Shown piece by piece: positions 47,384 through 60,437 of a DNA stretch of 64,000 bases. The stretch is from Eutreptiella sp. 'Long Island Sound 2002' (taxonomy: Eukaryota; Protista; Euglenida), in contig OZ038378.1 in NCBI GenBank assembly GCA_964036045.1, positions 16,368,001 through 16,432,000 on the forward strand. The letters are read 5' to 3'. Position numbers and translations under genes: made by a program. The first letter of the stretch is position 1. The number at the start of each line of letters is the position of its first letter. The notes under the pieces were generated by a model. The model saw only the letters and a program-made list of their open reading frames with translations. It did no database searches and was not told the origin of the DNA.

Positions 47384-47753
47384 TAACCCTAACCTAGGGG
47401 GGTGTGACCTAATTAAAAAACAGACAAATGCAAACCAGAGGTAATGCACCCCACAGTCAGGCATAAGTGCATCTTTATTCTCTATGCCAAACCTGGTTAA
47501 ACCTCAAGACACACTGTGTCTGAAACAGAAAACAGAACATCATGTCTGACTACATTAGTCAGACAATCACAGTCAGTAGCTGTCAGTCAGACATCAGCAA
47601 TCAGTGTCGGATAAAGACACCATGCATTACCGGCATGGCCGAAAAGAGCAACCTGCCGCTTGCCGGCTGCAGAAGACTCCTGGGGGGTATGACCTAATTA
47701 AAAAACAGACAAATGCAAACCAGAGGTAATGCACTCCACAGTAACCCTAACCT
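47384..47753 (+). repeat. Small element with 61-bp direct repeats, flanked by telomere-like TAACCCTAACCT
   Basis: 47397-47457 and 47682-47742 differ at 2 positions. TAACCCTAACCT occurs at 47384-47395 and 47742-47753. There is a perfect internal hairpin at 47543-47565. Confidence 0.85.
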
Positions 47754-47892
47754 GGGGGGGGGGGGGGTAGACCCAGTACGTAGTGCTGCCACACTGGGAA
47801 GTGATGAATATTGTGTGTGCAGCGCTGCAGAGCGAGGGAACCGAGCATTATTAGGGTGTGCAGCTGTTGTGCAGATTTCGCGTCGTTTGCAG

Positions 47893-47927
47893 GCCGATTT
47901 GGTTGAAGATTCAGACCTCACTACAAT
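47893..47927 (+). CDS. EFCAB10-like exon 3 (35-nt micro-exon, ADLVEDSDLTTM)
   Basis: Acceptor ttgcAG at 47892 and donor GTATGA at 47928 (phase 2). Splicing restores DLTTMFEMID, similar to NIVAMFEMMD of EFCAB10 as recalled. Confidence 0.75.
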
Positions 47928-50249
47928 GTATGATGTGTTGTCTTGTCTGTGCGTTCGGAATCGTGAAGGCTTTGAGGAGTGGAGACCTTTTATGAGCTAA
48001 TACCAAGTGTCACCAAGTGGCTTGGACAGAATGTGCCAAGTGCCGCCAAGTGTGACGCAACAATTTGGCTAAGTGCACCCAGATACCAGTCCGTTGCCCA
48101 TGGATTGGGGTTCGGCGTACATGCCCAAATGTCAGGCACACTCGCATACTCACACCCTGTGATTGTGGGGGGGGGGGTTCTGAACATTTTGGCAACACTT
48201 GCCAAGTACTTCCAGGCTTTTGTCAGGCGAACATTCTGTGACGCAAACAATTGACAGGGCGCTTTGGCTCAGGGGGCTACGGCCCAAGTGGATCCGCCAG
48301 GCCCCTTGCAGGCCGAGGGGGCGTAGGTTGAGTGCCTGCTTATGAGAATCTCTGCCTCACCTCACAGTGTGCTACACACCCAAATGCACAGACCACAGGG
48401 GGGCAACTACAATCGGTCCTGATGCGACCCACCCCCCAGCTATCTGTCAAAACTTTGGGGGGGGGGGGTCGGCGGGAGGGTGCGGGGGGCTATTGGCAGC
48501 TCGGCTGGGGTCCCAAGGGGGGGGGGGGGCGGGCCTGCGCGCGACCCACTACTACCACATGCATACCTCAAGGGTGTGTGTGTGTCTGGGGGCATGGGGG
48601 TATAGAGGTATGTATGCGATAATAGCGACTTCTCATCTTTGCCAGGAAGAACGTCTTAAGGGTCTTAAGGACCAAAGGCAACGTACCCCCTTCAACTAAG
48701 CATGGGACAAAAAATTTGGTGCCGTTGGCGCCACGGCCCCTGCACCGCTTTCTTTCAAAACTGGGGGGAGGGGGTCGCATACGAGGACCGGGCCCGGCTG
48801 CCCCCCCGTGGCACAGACAAAGGACTGGCACTTGGGTCCGGGTGGCACAGCTGTTCGGTTACACTTGGCAACACTTGGCGCTGCTGAGGGTGGGCACAGT
48901 GTGTGCGTGGTCTGGACCCAGTGGGCCCGAGGTGGGGGTGGGGAGGGTTGGGACCCCGCAGGCCCCTCGCAACGGAGGAGGTCCGGCCTGAGACATCCCG
49001 CTGCGCATTGCAGTGACCGTTTTGACATTCCCTGGAGTTTTGACTTCCCCTATCCCCCCCACCCACAACGCCTGCGTGAGTGACGACTCGGCGTGTCTCT
49101 TTCCTCCTGCAAACCCCGACGGCCAGCTGCACCACATCACCCCCCGTCCCTTTTCGACGAGGTCCATCGCATGTCGTGCCGGTTTTGGATGGTTCAAGGA
49201 GTCCTGCCCCCCCCCTCCCCCACCCCAAGCCCCCCTTTCTTTTCGAACGGCTGGTGGTGATCGACCAAGACCCTCATCGGCATGTCCGAGAGCCGCCCCT
49301 CTGCCCTTCCTCTCCTCATCCGCTCCCGCCTCAACATCCCCTTCGCTGCCCCCGCTGCTGCTGCCCTCCGAGGCCACCGCTGCACAGTCCTCCACCTCCG
49401 CCTCCATCTTGAACACCAGCGGCAGGCGCCACCCAATACGCATTTGGGGTGTGCCACTGCTGACCGGAGGTCGTGGACCCCGTGTACCAGCCTCCGACAA
49501 AGATGGCTTCTGCTGTACACAAGTACCGGAGGTCAGGCCATTACACACCGCCCCCTCTGGACCCCCGGACCTGACCCGGTCGCGACCTGGTCTGGCGCAG
49601 CACGTCCAAGGCCTGCGGCCATATGCAATGCTCAGTCCATAGCACTGAAGATCAGAGCTGCACACATCTTGCGCTTCTTGGGGGGAGGGGTGTGTGTGGC
49701 GGGGGGGTAAAGGGGGGGGGGCACAGGCATTCTTCTTCGTCCTCCCTGTGCCCCTTCACTTTCCGACCCCCTCCTCTTTTGTCCCCTGCTGAGGTCCTTG
49801 TCCCGATACCCGGCACCCACCTGATGCTCCCGGGATGGGGAGCTCCCAACACCAACTCCGGGGGCGGGGGGGGGGGGGGGTCACTCGCCTCGCATTCATC
49901 CCGGGGGGGGGGGGGGCGTGAGTCTCATGCCCCGGAACGCAGTATGAAGCAACATAATGCGATCCGGCGTGTCTCGGGTACGCGTGTCCGACTGGTGGCG
50001 TGTGCTGATGGCATGCCGTTGCGATAGAGTCATTGTGTGGGTGTGTGTCTTTGTGGTGTCGCAACTGCTCTTACCACAAGTCCAGCACACTTTGGGTGTC
50101 TTTGCATTGCGGGCTGCGTGCGTGTCTCCAGACGAGTGAGTAGTGCAGTGGAGTAGCGCTGCGATGGCCGGGCAGGGTCGATGGAAAGTTGGGGTGAGAT
50201 GACGGATATGGCAAAGGGCCCAGCACTGCACAGTTCCAATTGTGTACAG

Positions 50250-50308
50250 GTTTGAAATGATCGATGTCAATAAGACGGAATTCATCAGCTGCGGGCAGAT
50301 CAAAAATG
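50250..50308 (+). CDS. EFCAB10-like exon 4 (EF-hand loop DVNKTEFISCGQ)
   Basis: Acceptor gtacAG at 50249, phase 2 match. Donor GTCCGT at 50309, phase 1. Confidence 0.8.
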
Positions 50309-50579
50309 GTCCGTGTCTGGCGTGCAATTTTATTTTGTGTGGATTCACGACGCATGTTTGCGTGTGTGTGCCCGCACGTGTGTTTGTGTCTGCGGTTGTG
50401 GTCAGGAAGTGTGTATGTTTGTGTCTCTGCACGTCATGAACTGCTTTGTTGCCTGTTTTCTGACACGTGCCTGACGAGACCAAATGCACTCAGGCTGTTT
50501 TTGCCGGATTGTCGTGCATATCGTGTGCACGCCCGCGCGCGTGCGTGGATGTCAAGACAGGGGGTAAACGGCTACAGGA

Positions 50580-51088
50580 CTCGGGTCAATTATGCTTTCC
50601 GAGGATGGGTATGTGTATTGGACCAGGGGCACGTTGTGGTTCAGCTTAGTGCAATTTCGTGATAATGTCCTCCTTGCCAGCAACATACTCCCTGGCACGC
50701 GCACCACCCTGGTGCCGGAGGTTTGAAGGAGGTTTGCGACCTGCTGTCACACATCTGGGACCTGGAGGTGCTGTATGTCTGTGTTGACTCTGGTGACAGC
50801 ATCTGCGTGGGTCGCTGCCTCAGTCAAAGCCGGCGAGCATTAGGGGTGCACATGACTGTGGGGGGCGGGCACAGCTGCGCGTCAGCACACCCCTCCGCCT
50901 TGACTGACGCTTGGGACCCCCATCACGGGAAACCGCTGATCAGCCCCTCCCGCGCGCCCAGGGAATATCTGCCGTGTATTCTGATTAGCAGTCTAATATG
51001 CACTCTGCCCTGGCAGGTGACATGGGCACCCCAGGTACTATCTGCCCTAGCATGGGCTCAACTCGCAATCCTGCCGGATTATGGGTGA
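50580..51088 (+). mobile_element. Degenerate reverse-transcriptase-like remnant (possibly Penelope-like) in an EFCAB10-like intron
   Basis: Reads LWFSLVQFRDNVLLASN (50634-50684) in an RT motif-C-like beta-hairpin context. After one frameshift it continues EVCDLLSHIWDLEVL...ALGV...HPSAL to 51088. Family assignment is inference. Confidence 0.4.
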
Positions 51089-51412
51089 ATGACCGTGATG
51101 CGGGTGCTGCACAAAGCAGTGCGCTGTGTGTATGCCGCCTCCCCGTGGTGGTGGGAAAACACTATGAGCGCAGTGTACAGCATCAACCACGATCCCCCAT
51201 GAGCGCGGCACACTGCAGCGGCAAAACTGCTGCACTGGTTTACTGCAAATGCAATTTGGAGTGGATTCAGGTACACAGATAGGGAAATACCCTGGGCACT
51301 CCAGCCGGAAGGATACGCCCCTACTTGGTGTGAAGACTAACTCTGCACCGTACCGCTGCGGACTAGCTGTCGTCTGCGAGCACTTTTCCACCCAGCTCCT
51401 CCCCTTTGTCTA

Positions 51413-51414
<2 letters not shown>

Positions 51415-51507
<93 letters not shown>
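51415..51507 (+). repeat. (TG)n microsatellite
   Basis: Seen directly. Confidence 0.99.
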
Positions 51508-51508
<1 letters not shown>

Positions 51509-53133
51509 GGGGTGGTTGCACCCTGCACACGATAATTTTAGGCTGTGGCAACGGTAGGGCACGGGCTCCTCTGTAGGCTGTTTTTGTGGTCTGGGGAAGG
51601 GGGCAGGTTCCTTTGCTTTGCAACAGCACTGAACATGCTTCCGTCATCCGCTTCTTCACCAGACCGAAAGACGTCTAGGACAGCTCTGCTGTTCCTGAGG
51701 AGGGTTCATTCAACCGCTTTTCTTGCTTCGTTCTTGTCTCGCGGTTCCCAACGTGTGCGTGTGTGTGTGTGTGTGTGTGTGCGTGTGCGCGCGCGCGTGC
51801 GCGACCTCAGTTTGCCTGTATTGGTGCCCTCAATGGGTGTGTACCTCTCGGTGTCTCTCACAAAGTGTGCGTGCGTGTGCGTGAGGTGGTGGCAGCCCCG
51901 GTAATTGGCGGCAATAAAAGATGACGTGGAGGTGCGGCGCGCATTGATTTGCCGAACGGAGGGCGTAGTTTGATGGTGCAATCAAGATAAAGAGGCACAT
52001 AAATCTCCTTCCAGCCCCCCCCCCCCTCCTCCACCTCTACCACCTGCACCTCACCCTCCTCCAGCATAAGTGGCAAGCAATACATGGGGCGGGACAGCTG
52101 CGTTGCACCACAGGGCACACTGCCATGACAGAGGCTCTGTACACGCGCCTACGCAGCGCCCACAGTTGCACACAGACGCCCGAACAGAAAATAGGTGCGT
52201 CCACAGCGGTGCGCCTACACCTGCAAACAATAAGAGAGGAGAAGTATATCGTCCCCATTGCATGTCGGCCCCCTGCACATTCTGGCCTTCCACGTCTCTG
52301 CCCGAAGGGGGGGGGCAAATCGTGCAGGGGGGAAGTGGAGAATCATGGGTCACAATCGGGGGGCGCGGGGCAAATCGCGGGTTCGACTGATTTTGTCTGA
52401 CGATTACCCATCCACGCACCTTTCGGGGGGATTTGGCGATTTGGCGTATCGCGTAGGGGTGGGGGTGAGGGGGGGGGCAAATGGGCGGTCCAAAACCGTC
52501 GAAATCCGGGGGTGGGCTAATCGCGAGGGGGCGGCGGCGGGGGAGGGGCTAATCGTGGGTCGAAAGTCGTCGAGGTCGGTCGAAATCAGGGGTGCGGACA
52601 GCGGGGGGGGGGGGGGGGGGCGCCTTCAGCTTGGGGCCCCAGGTCCCCACTCTGCGTCTTGACCGCTCACCCTCGGATCGGACAACAGGATGTCGTGGAG
52701 AACGGGCAATCATGTGACAATCGTACCAGTGTTCTTGTGAGTAGGAAGGCCATGGACCCACCAAAGCTGGTTCTCATAGCGCAAAGTGCCGATGGCTCGA
52801 TTGTGTTCATTGGAGGACACTCCCCACGGCGATGTGAAGACTGAAGCGCTATTTCCCCAACATGAACTTGAAGAATGTGTGGACGGCCCAGTACAGGGCT
52901 ATGGAGGGGTTCTGGGTTTGCTGCTGATGTTGTGAGGCGTCTTGTGGAAGCACATGCGTTTAAATCCAAGGAAACAGACTCTCGGGTTGCTGATGATTCC
53001 AACGCGGATCCTCCTGCTTCCGTGCGGCTCGGTGCCTCTCTGCACAAACATTGAGGTGCCGGGCCGCCCTGCGGCCATTGTGGGGATTGGGTGCTCAGTG
53101 ATACCACGTTCTTGATCACATTCCTGCGCACAG

Positions 53134-53224
53134 CCATGAGGAACCTGGGCATCCCCATCCCACGCGTGATGAGCGGGATCCCGGAGACCGAGAAGATGGA
53201 CATCAAGCAATGGAAGCAGCACAT
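53134..53224 (+). CDS. EFCAB10-like exon 5 (AMRNLGIPIPRVMSGIPETEKMDIKQWKQH)
   Basis: Acceptor gcacAG at 53133, phase 1 match. A.R.LG follows the EF-hand as in EFCAB10. Donor GTATGT at 53225, phase 2. Confidence 0.78.
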
Positions 53225-56079
53225 GTATGTGGGGGGGTGGGGGGGCGTTGCACAAGGCCGTGTGTCATACACCCGGTGCTGCCCGAGGTCATTTGTGTCT
53301 CTCAAGGGTGGGGGAGAGTGCACTTTTATGGGCCAGGGCGGGATGCTGAGCCCACTCACCAGTGCAGCAGCACTGCCCCCGGGGCGGCCACTCCCCTGCC
53401 GCCGCCGACGGGGGCCCCGCACACAGCCATTCCCAGGACCGTGACTTTTGGAAGGTTCTCTCCACTACAAACGGAAGTGTGACACAGAGCCAGAGAGCCC
53501 CTCCTGCAGTGGGGGCCCAGTACACGGATGCTCTGGAAACGAAACGGGGCGCACTGCACCGGACCCGGTGGAAAAAAAACGGCTCGTTGATTTACCCTTG
53601 GCCCAACGGCTGTGCCATGCGGCACTACACGCCGTCAAGTTTGAAATCCTCCAGTAACACATCCATCTGGAGGGTGTCCCTGGTAAGTGAAGACAGATGA
53701 AGCTTCATCCGCAGTAGGCGCCGAATGAACAAAAGTTGGCCGGTCACCGCCAGCGATTGACAGTTCTGCTGGCGGTTAGCGGTCAACCTCTGGCAGTCGG
53801 ATAACAGGGAACGTAAATCACAGGCCAGTGGTGGTTGGGGCGGGGGGTCCAATCCACAAGGGGGAGCCGGTACATACACCCGATACAACCACAAGCCCAA
53901 TTTCAAGTCAGGATGGGGGCAGCGGGAGAGTGGGGGGCAGGGGGAAAGAAGGGTCGGGCATCGACCGCCCGGGCACCACCTGCTTTAGAGACGTGTTGTG
54001 GCTGTGGCCTCAACCCGGGTCCCTTCGGTCCTCAGCCCAAAAGGTCAGGTGGAAGAGCTGGAAGGTCGAGGCCTGCGGGTGGGGGACGCTGAGAACGAGT
54101 CATAGGCATGAAGATGTCCAGCCACGAGGAAGGGGTCGCTTCCCGATACCAGAACGATGCAATGACCGTCGGCCAGCATTCACTAGAGGCGAGGAATACC
54201 CGTGCTGCAGTCCAACATGGCGGGTAAGCCAGTGGCCCAAGAGTAGGTGCTTTAGACCCCCCACCCAAGGGGCGACCCTCCCAGACCCACCGAGTCACCA
54301 GCAGGGACGGTCTCCCACGGCTGGCGGCACGAGTCCGGCCGGGGTGATGTGGGGGCCTTGGCAAACATAGCGCGCGCCGGTGGTGCAGGGAAGAGGACCC
54401 CCACCACGTCAGAACATACTCCAATCCCAAGAAATAGCACACACGTGGGGCAGTCGGCACATTGAGACGTCGTGTTGCCAGCAGCAAGCGAACGTCCTCC
54501 TTCTGGATCAGCCATGGAATCTCGGATCTCACCACCACTCAACAAACACCAGAAAGCAGGAATTTTCTCGGCGCCAGCCCCATCGCAGTCGATCAATGAG
54601 GTCGTTGATGTGCTCGAAATCGGTGTTGTGATGCCATTTCCCGCTCTGCCGTCGGAAACACGCATCGTTGCCATGGGGACCCTCCAAACGAAAAGTGTGG
54701 AGCATCCTTTTTGCGTATGGACGTACGCCTCTCGTGTCCTCCGCGCGTCGCATCCATCTTTTATCCGAAAATGACGTGTCCGGGTCTGGTATGTCGTTGC
54801 GATTTGTGCGGGCGGCGGTTGGCCTTGGGAGCCAAAACACGCAGCAAATGAGCGCTGCGACATACGCATTTGCAAGACAATGGACATGGGGAAGAGGTGC
54901 TACAATAATCGAACGGTTTTTTTTGATATGCGCTGAAGGCACGGGGCAAAGTGTTTCCTGGCCGCTGAAAAACAACCCATCGATCTGGGTCTGAGTGAGA
55001 ACGGAGGGGTGAGGGGGCGAGGAGAGGCGGGGCTTGAGGATGCAAGGCTGTGGTCCAAAACAGGGGCCAAAGCACTCCCTTGAATGAATTTCATTGTTTC
55101 CAAGGTTTTTGGGGGGGGGGGGTAGGGGGAGCGCCCCCCCCCCCCCCCTTTCCCACACGCAAAATGCAATCCAAACCAAAGCAAATTCGGATGGGGCCCT
55201 TTTTGGATGGGGCAGGAGGTGGTCCGGCGGAGGGTTTGATAGCTTCCTGGCCCACACTTGGTCTCACCACTTCCCCCGTCCCCTGGACCACCCCCCCCCC
55301 CCCCCTTCCCCCTCCCCGCAAGTCCCTGCCACCCCCACCCCACCCGGCCCACGCACAAGCTGACCCATGGGCTGTACATTCCAAACCGAAACAAACATGC
55401 GAGAGGCAAATGCAAGGCTCCCGCGTTTTGAGTGATGCAGAGATATTCGCAATATTGATCGTGTGGTCTGATATGCGTTCTCCTGTTGACATGCCATGGG
55501 CGGGTGTCCCCTGTTGCTTTGCTGTGCAGTGGCGCCAATTTGGATGTTCTGAGCGGCACCCGCTACGCCCGGTAGAAGACCGTCCGTCCTTCTCGCAGCG
55601 CTGCCAATTGGACGATTCTGTAAAGAGAGCTGGGGTTGTAGTGAGTGCGGTGCTCAGGGAACACATTTCATGTGGCAGCAGGTCACTCTAGTGAAAGGGG
55701 GGAACGATTTCATTGGTTCTTGATGCCTTCCTTGAGAGCAGCAGGGGCTTGAGGGATTGGGGGCTGCGTGGCGCAACCGCCTCGCCCGATGCAGCCTGCG
55801 TGGGCAGACAATTGTCCATCCGTTGTGATCCGTCCATGTCCGGATCCGGAACTTCATCGCCCCACCTTTCACCAGAGGGTTTGACATGTGGGTTTGTTTT
55901 GAGGGGCCGGTGGGTTGTCTGTTGTGTGGCCTGCGTGTTGATGCAGTGGTTGGTGGTAAGTGCCGAGTGAGGCACTGTGCAGGAGCTGTGACGCTGTACA
56001 CCACGGGCAATGGGTTGCAGTATCATGTACTACGCATGGGATATGTTTGGCTTAGAAAAGATGGAAGCGTCAACGCCTT

Positions 56080-56153
56080 GTTGTTGGTGTTGGTGGTGGT
56101 GGTGGTGGTGGTGCTGCTGCTGCTGTTGTTGTTGTCGTCGTCGTCGTTGTTGT
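56080..56153 (+). repeat. Compound trinucleotide microsatellite (GTT/GGT/GCT/GTC)
   Basis: Seen directly; same composition as 6262-6514. Confidence 0.95.
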
Positions 56154-58439
56154 GGCTTGTAGCGGGGCTTTCACTGCAGATTTTGGGTGGCGCAGGGTTG
56201 CCTTTTGCTGGAATGCCTCACCAAATGAGTGCAACCTATCACCCCCCCCCCCCTGCGTGTGCAGTACAGGCTTTCGGGGCCTTTGCACAGAGTTCACAGG
56301 GCAAGCCTTGCGCCTGTCATTTTGGGCGCGAGGCGTGTTTTTTAGGTTCTGTGCGAGAGGGCCAGTGGTTTGTATCCCCGAGCCGAGGGGTGGTGAGGTG
56401 CGCACGCAGCGCAGCCAAACTCCCCGGGTTTTTCCATCGTTGGCATGGCCCTACAGTGTGTGCACGAAAGCTTTTGGGGAGATTAAGAGGAACAAATTTG
56501 CGTACCAAAGCATATTACCCAAACCTATGTATCTCAGAATGATCGGTGCAATGTGACGACTGTTTTGAGGCAGATATGTAGTGACCTCCCCCCCCTCCCC
56601 CTTTCTGTTACCCACCGGCCTTTATGGAACCTTCCCACCACCACCGGCCGTCTACAGCCTGGAGGCATGCATCCACCAAGCCGTTAGACCGGAGGTAACA
56701 CCGGCAAACCTATTTTGCCCGGATGCCCCCCCCCCCTCGGCGCGCGCGCCTTTTCAACCGATAGCTGGTGGGTGGGCAGCGGAACCGATCCACCCCCGGA
56801 GCCGAACTCAGCAGCAGGAGCCCTGTGTGCAACAAATCCCGCCTTGAGAAGGCTTTCCGACAACCGGATGCTGTTTGGGGTGGCCCATGGGGCGCTTCTA
56901 CTGGACGGACATTGATCCGGCCTTTGGATGCCCGCCCCACAAGGGGGCGCGTGGCGCGCACGCAATGCCAAGGCAGTCCCAGCGGCTTTTCCCGGGACTC
57001 GTGTATCAGACGCCATCTCGCGCGAGGAGGGCGCTTTGGGAGTGCGCAGGACAACGAGGACGTGACCCTCTTTCTGGAGGGACAGTCAACAGTACATTAT
57101 GGTCGTGTCAGGGGCATCCCCCGAGAACCGTGTCATGAGGCCGCCACACACTCCGCAGGCATTCCACCGCCACTGCCATGACCCTACAAGCCATATGGGG
57201 GCAACGAGGGTGATGAGAGGGACAGCCGGAGCCGCAAGTGCCATGAGTTCCCCCAGGGGAAACTTTGGCCCCCGTTCGATGCCGTTTGTGAGCGGCTGCA
57301 CAAACGTAATTGTTAATTTGATGTGGCGTGGCCATCCTACAACCCCTCAATTGGGGGGATCAGGAAGCCAGCAAATTGGAGCAGACCCCACTTGGGGGCC
57401 CTGGACTCCCAGTCTGGCTACCCAACTCTCCTAATGGTCTGGCAGATCCCGGTTTGGGGACTGTTTCATTCGTGTTTGCCAATAGCCCCCTCTGCCCATC
57501 TCAAATGTATGTCAGCTCTAACCCCTTGTATTACAAATCGGCCGCTGTTTGCCCGATCCAGAGGGCTCTTGGCTGTGAACAGGCCTGTCGCATACTTGTG
57601 CATATGCAACGCAATGTGTGATCGTGGGTTGCTGGTGTGTGCGTGTGCGCGTGTGCAGGTGCCAAGCATTGTACTCTTGTGGATGTTCTGCAGTCTGTAA
57701 ATGGGACATTGGGCATTGCCCAGTTGAAGTGAGTGCACCCCAGATGCTGTGTTTCTGTGTGTCTGCATTGATTGCCGTGGGGATGTGTGTTCGGGCTCCA
57801 TGCAAACTCTGTGCTGTCACGGAGGTCGTGCTGTTCGGAAGCCCAGTGATTTACCAGGGGATGACCCGGTGCACACAGCCAGACAACGGGACGATCGCAC
57901 TCCGGATTTGGAGGATTCAGATGAGTGTCCTTTCCCAGGCTTCTTCGACACGCAACTCTCCCGTAGTGCACAAATCAAGCCACCCCGGAGTGCGGCCATG
58001 CAGCAGGAGCATGTGTGACGCCATGCCAAGCGTCAATGCTATCAGAGCGGCATCATCACACTGAAAGTGTTGTTGATGGTGATATGTAGCTTTCAAATGG
58101 AAAGGACTATGGCCATTCTGGACCAATTTGGGTGAACCATCTTGACATTTGTTAATTCCTGAAATGCAAAATGACGTTCTTGCTTCGGGGTCAACAACAC
58201 CAAAAGGAACACATTCTTTGGGTTATTCCACCCTGCAAACCTTCATGGTTGCCAAGGACGGGCAAAACAAAAGCAGATGGGCATGTATTTCATGATTGCC
58301 TCTTGCTCACAACCCGAACACCTCAATACATACGTAGCCCAATACGTAGCCCAGAAACCCCTGTTGCAGTCAGGGACGGTTTGTTGCATTGCCCCATGTT
58401 AGCCCCACCACGCAAGCACTGCACGAAGGGGTCGAGAAT

Positions 58440-59400
58440 GACCGACAAAAAAGTCGGTCGCCATGATCACACATTCTACAAGCAAAGAAATCTACATTCG
58501 GTTCATACTTGCGATGATGAGGAACCCGCTGTCGGGCAGATACTGCTCCGTGCTCCCTGACACGCCAGGTTTCTTGCCCGTTACCATTCTTGTTTTTGAT
58601 TCTCGACCAAAAAAGGTACAAGGTTTCCAATCCCATAGAGGTTCTGCAGTTGCCATGTGCTGAAGCATCAACAGGGATATGGTATGCTGCTCGGATGGGA
58701 ATTTAATTGCACCCCAATTCATGTGCCCGTATTGACTCTCCACAAGGTAAGACGAGAAAACCCCAGCGGTGCATGGGATGAAGAATCACGGGCTCTGAGG
58801 GAATGCAATCGTATGGAATACCCCTGAAATGGAAAACTCTTTCAAAGACCCAAAACAGGCTGTCAGCTCGATGTGTGTTCTGTGCATACCCAGCATTTAT
58901 GTGTCCCAAAAAAAGTGGGCTTTGGTTTCCTGCCTCCTGAAGGTCAAACGTTGGGTCAGAGGCCAAAAAGGCGTTGTCTACATCAACCAGGTGTCCGTGG
59001 AGAGTTGAGCTGGCACACAGAAAGGATCTTTCCAGCCTTCCCAAACATCTGGGTTGCTGTGCAGGATGGCAGGAGTTTCTGATTGGATACAATATTGAAG
59101 TGGCTTGTAAACCGAGGAATGATGGACAGGACTGCATTATGTGTGGTAATATTCAACACCCGGAGGCGCCAATCCACACAGAGCGTGGAATGTGTCGGCT
59201 CTTGTCAAGTGGCATGGGTTGTGAAAAGGACATCTCCCTGGTGGCGGGCAACCAAGGCTTCTCACTCGCATGCTAATGGTAAGTATTTGAAGAGCAGTTG
59301 GGTTGAACGGTGTTTGGGGCAAATGATGTGCCGTGCAGATTCCTGTCCAACAAGTCCCATGTCGACCAGGCTTCATTGACTGGGTCATGTTGCCCACCTC
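58440..59400 (-). mobile_element. Highly degenerate DIRS-like RT/RNase H remnant (tentative)
   Basis: Broken minus-strand frames give EPTHSTLCVDWR, FGKAGKILSV, LFWVFERVFHFRGIP..PSEPVILHPMHRWG, SIRAHEL and IIASMNR. Their order resembles the DIRS RT thumb and RNase H motifs. There are many stops and frameshifts. Confidence 0.3.
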
Positions 59401-60437
59401 CAGCACCAATATGACCCATATCAGTACTCAGATTGGGGAGGGCTTGGTGAGCTGGAGAAGGGTCTGCATTTTTTTTTTTTAGCTCGCTGCCAAGCTCACT
59501 GCCATGGTAACAAAGAGGGAACAAAACCGCTAAATACCTATTGCTCAACACAATGACCCTGTTGTGTGCAAAGGTGGTGCAGGGTTGGTTTTTCCCGTTT
59601 TATGCCACACCCGTTTCCCTCCCAATATCCCCCGTAATTTGGGACCTTGCACAAAAATTCTGCTAAATATACTCAATTTCGAACACCATCGATCCTTCTT
59701 CGAATGCCTTGTATCGCCTCCCACATGCAGTCGCTGTAGTATCATTGTTTCCGTGGCAGCGTTCCTCATCAGCATGCCCATTGCACATCAACAGCCACTC
59801 CAACAACCAATACTCGGGGAGGTACCACAGAGTCCTCGAGGCTGCCGAAAAAGCATTCCATGTTTGTCAAAAGGAACAATGACCAGAAACAGCATCAGTG
59901 CCCATTCCACACCGCCCAATCTAAGGACACCAAAATTGTTGAGCTCAAAATTGAAATTTTCCGGAAATTTGTGGAAATTTGCATTTTCACGGTCAAAAAA
60001 CGGGGGGGGGGGGGGCTTCCAGCCATGTACACGAACTCAGGCCCACGAGGGAATTTTGGTGCCGATTTTCCTCGCTATTTCAAGGTGCCATTGGGAAAAT
60101 ATAAATGGGGTCCTGCATCCCCCCAAAGAAAATTCTCTGAACCAATGCCTTGCAGAACCTCTGTAACAGTGGCACAAATTCTTGCGAAGGATGGGGCACA
60201 CCCAATGTCGTCTGGTTTGTACGTTGTGGCACGCAAGACAGGGGTGACCCGTTGATTGCTGCAGTGCTTGTTGCTCTGCATAACCCTTTGTTTGTGAAAA
60301 TTCTGGTGGTGGTGGTGGTGGCAAGACGGTGGGATCTTGTCTCAGTTGCTCGGATGTCGTAACGCCGAACGACGTGCCTTGCAATCCCGAGCCCTGCCTT
60401 GGGCCGGCCATGGCCCGGTCGAAATCATTGTTTGCAG

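Noticed and set aside
48859-49665. 268-aa minus-strand ORF, considered as a piggyBac-like transposase or nested gene
   Set aside because: No convincing catalytic motif; it is GC-rich low-complexity sequence open in several frames, probably a repeat.
54529-54900. Protein-like minus-strand peptide (YAKRMLHTFRLEGPHGNDACFRR...LRWGWRRENSCF)
   Set aside because: No recognisable family, start or splice context. It needs a homology search before any claim.
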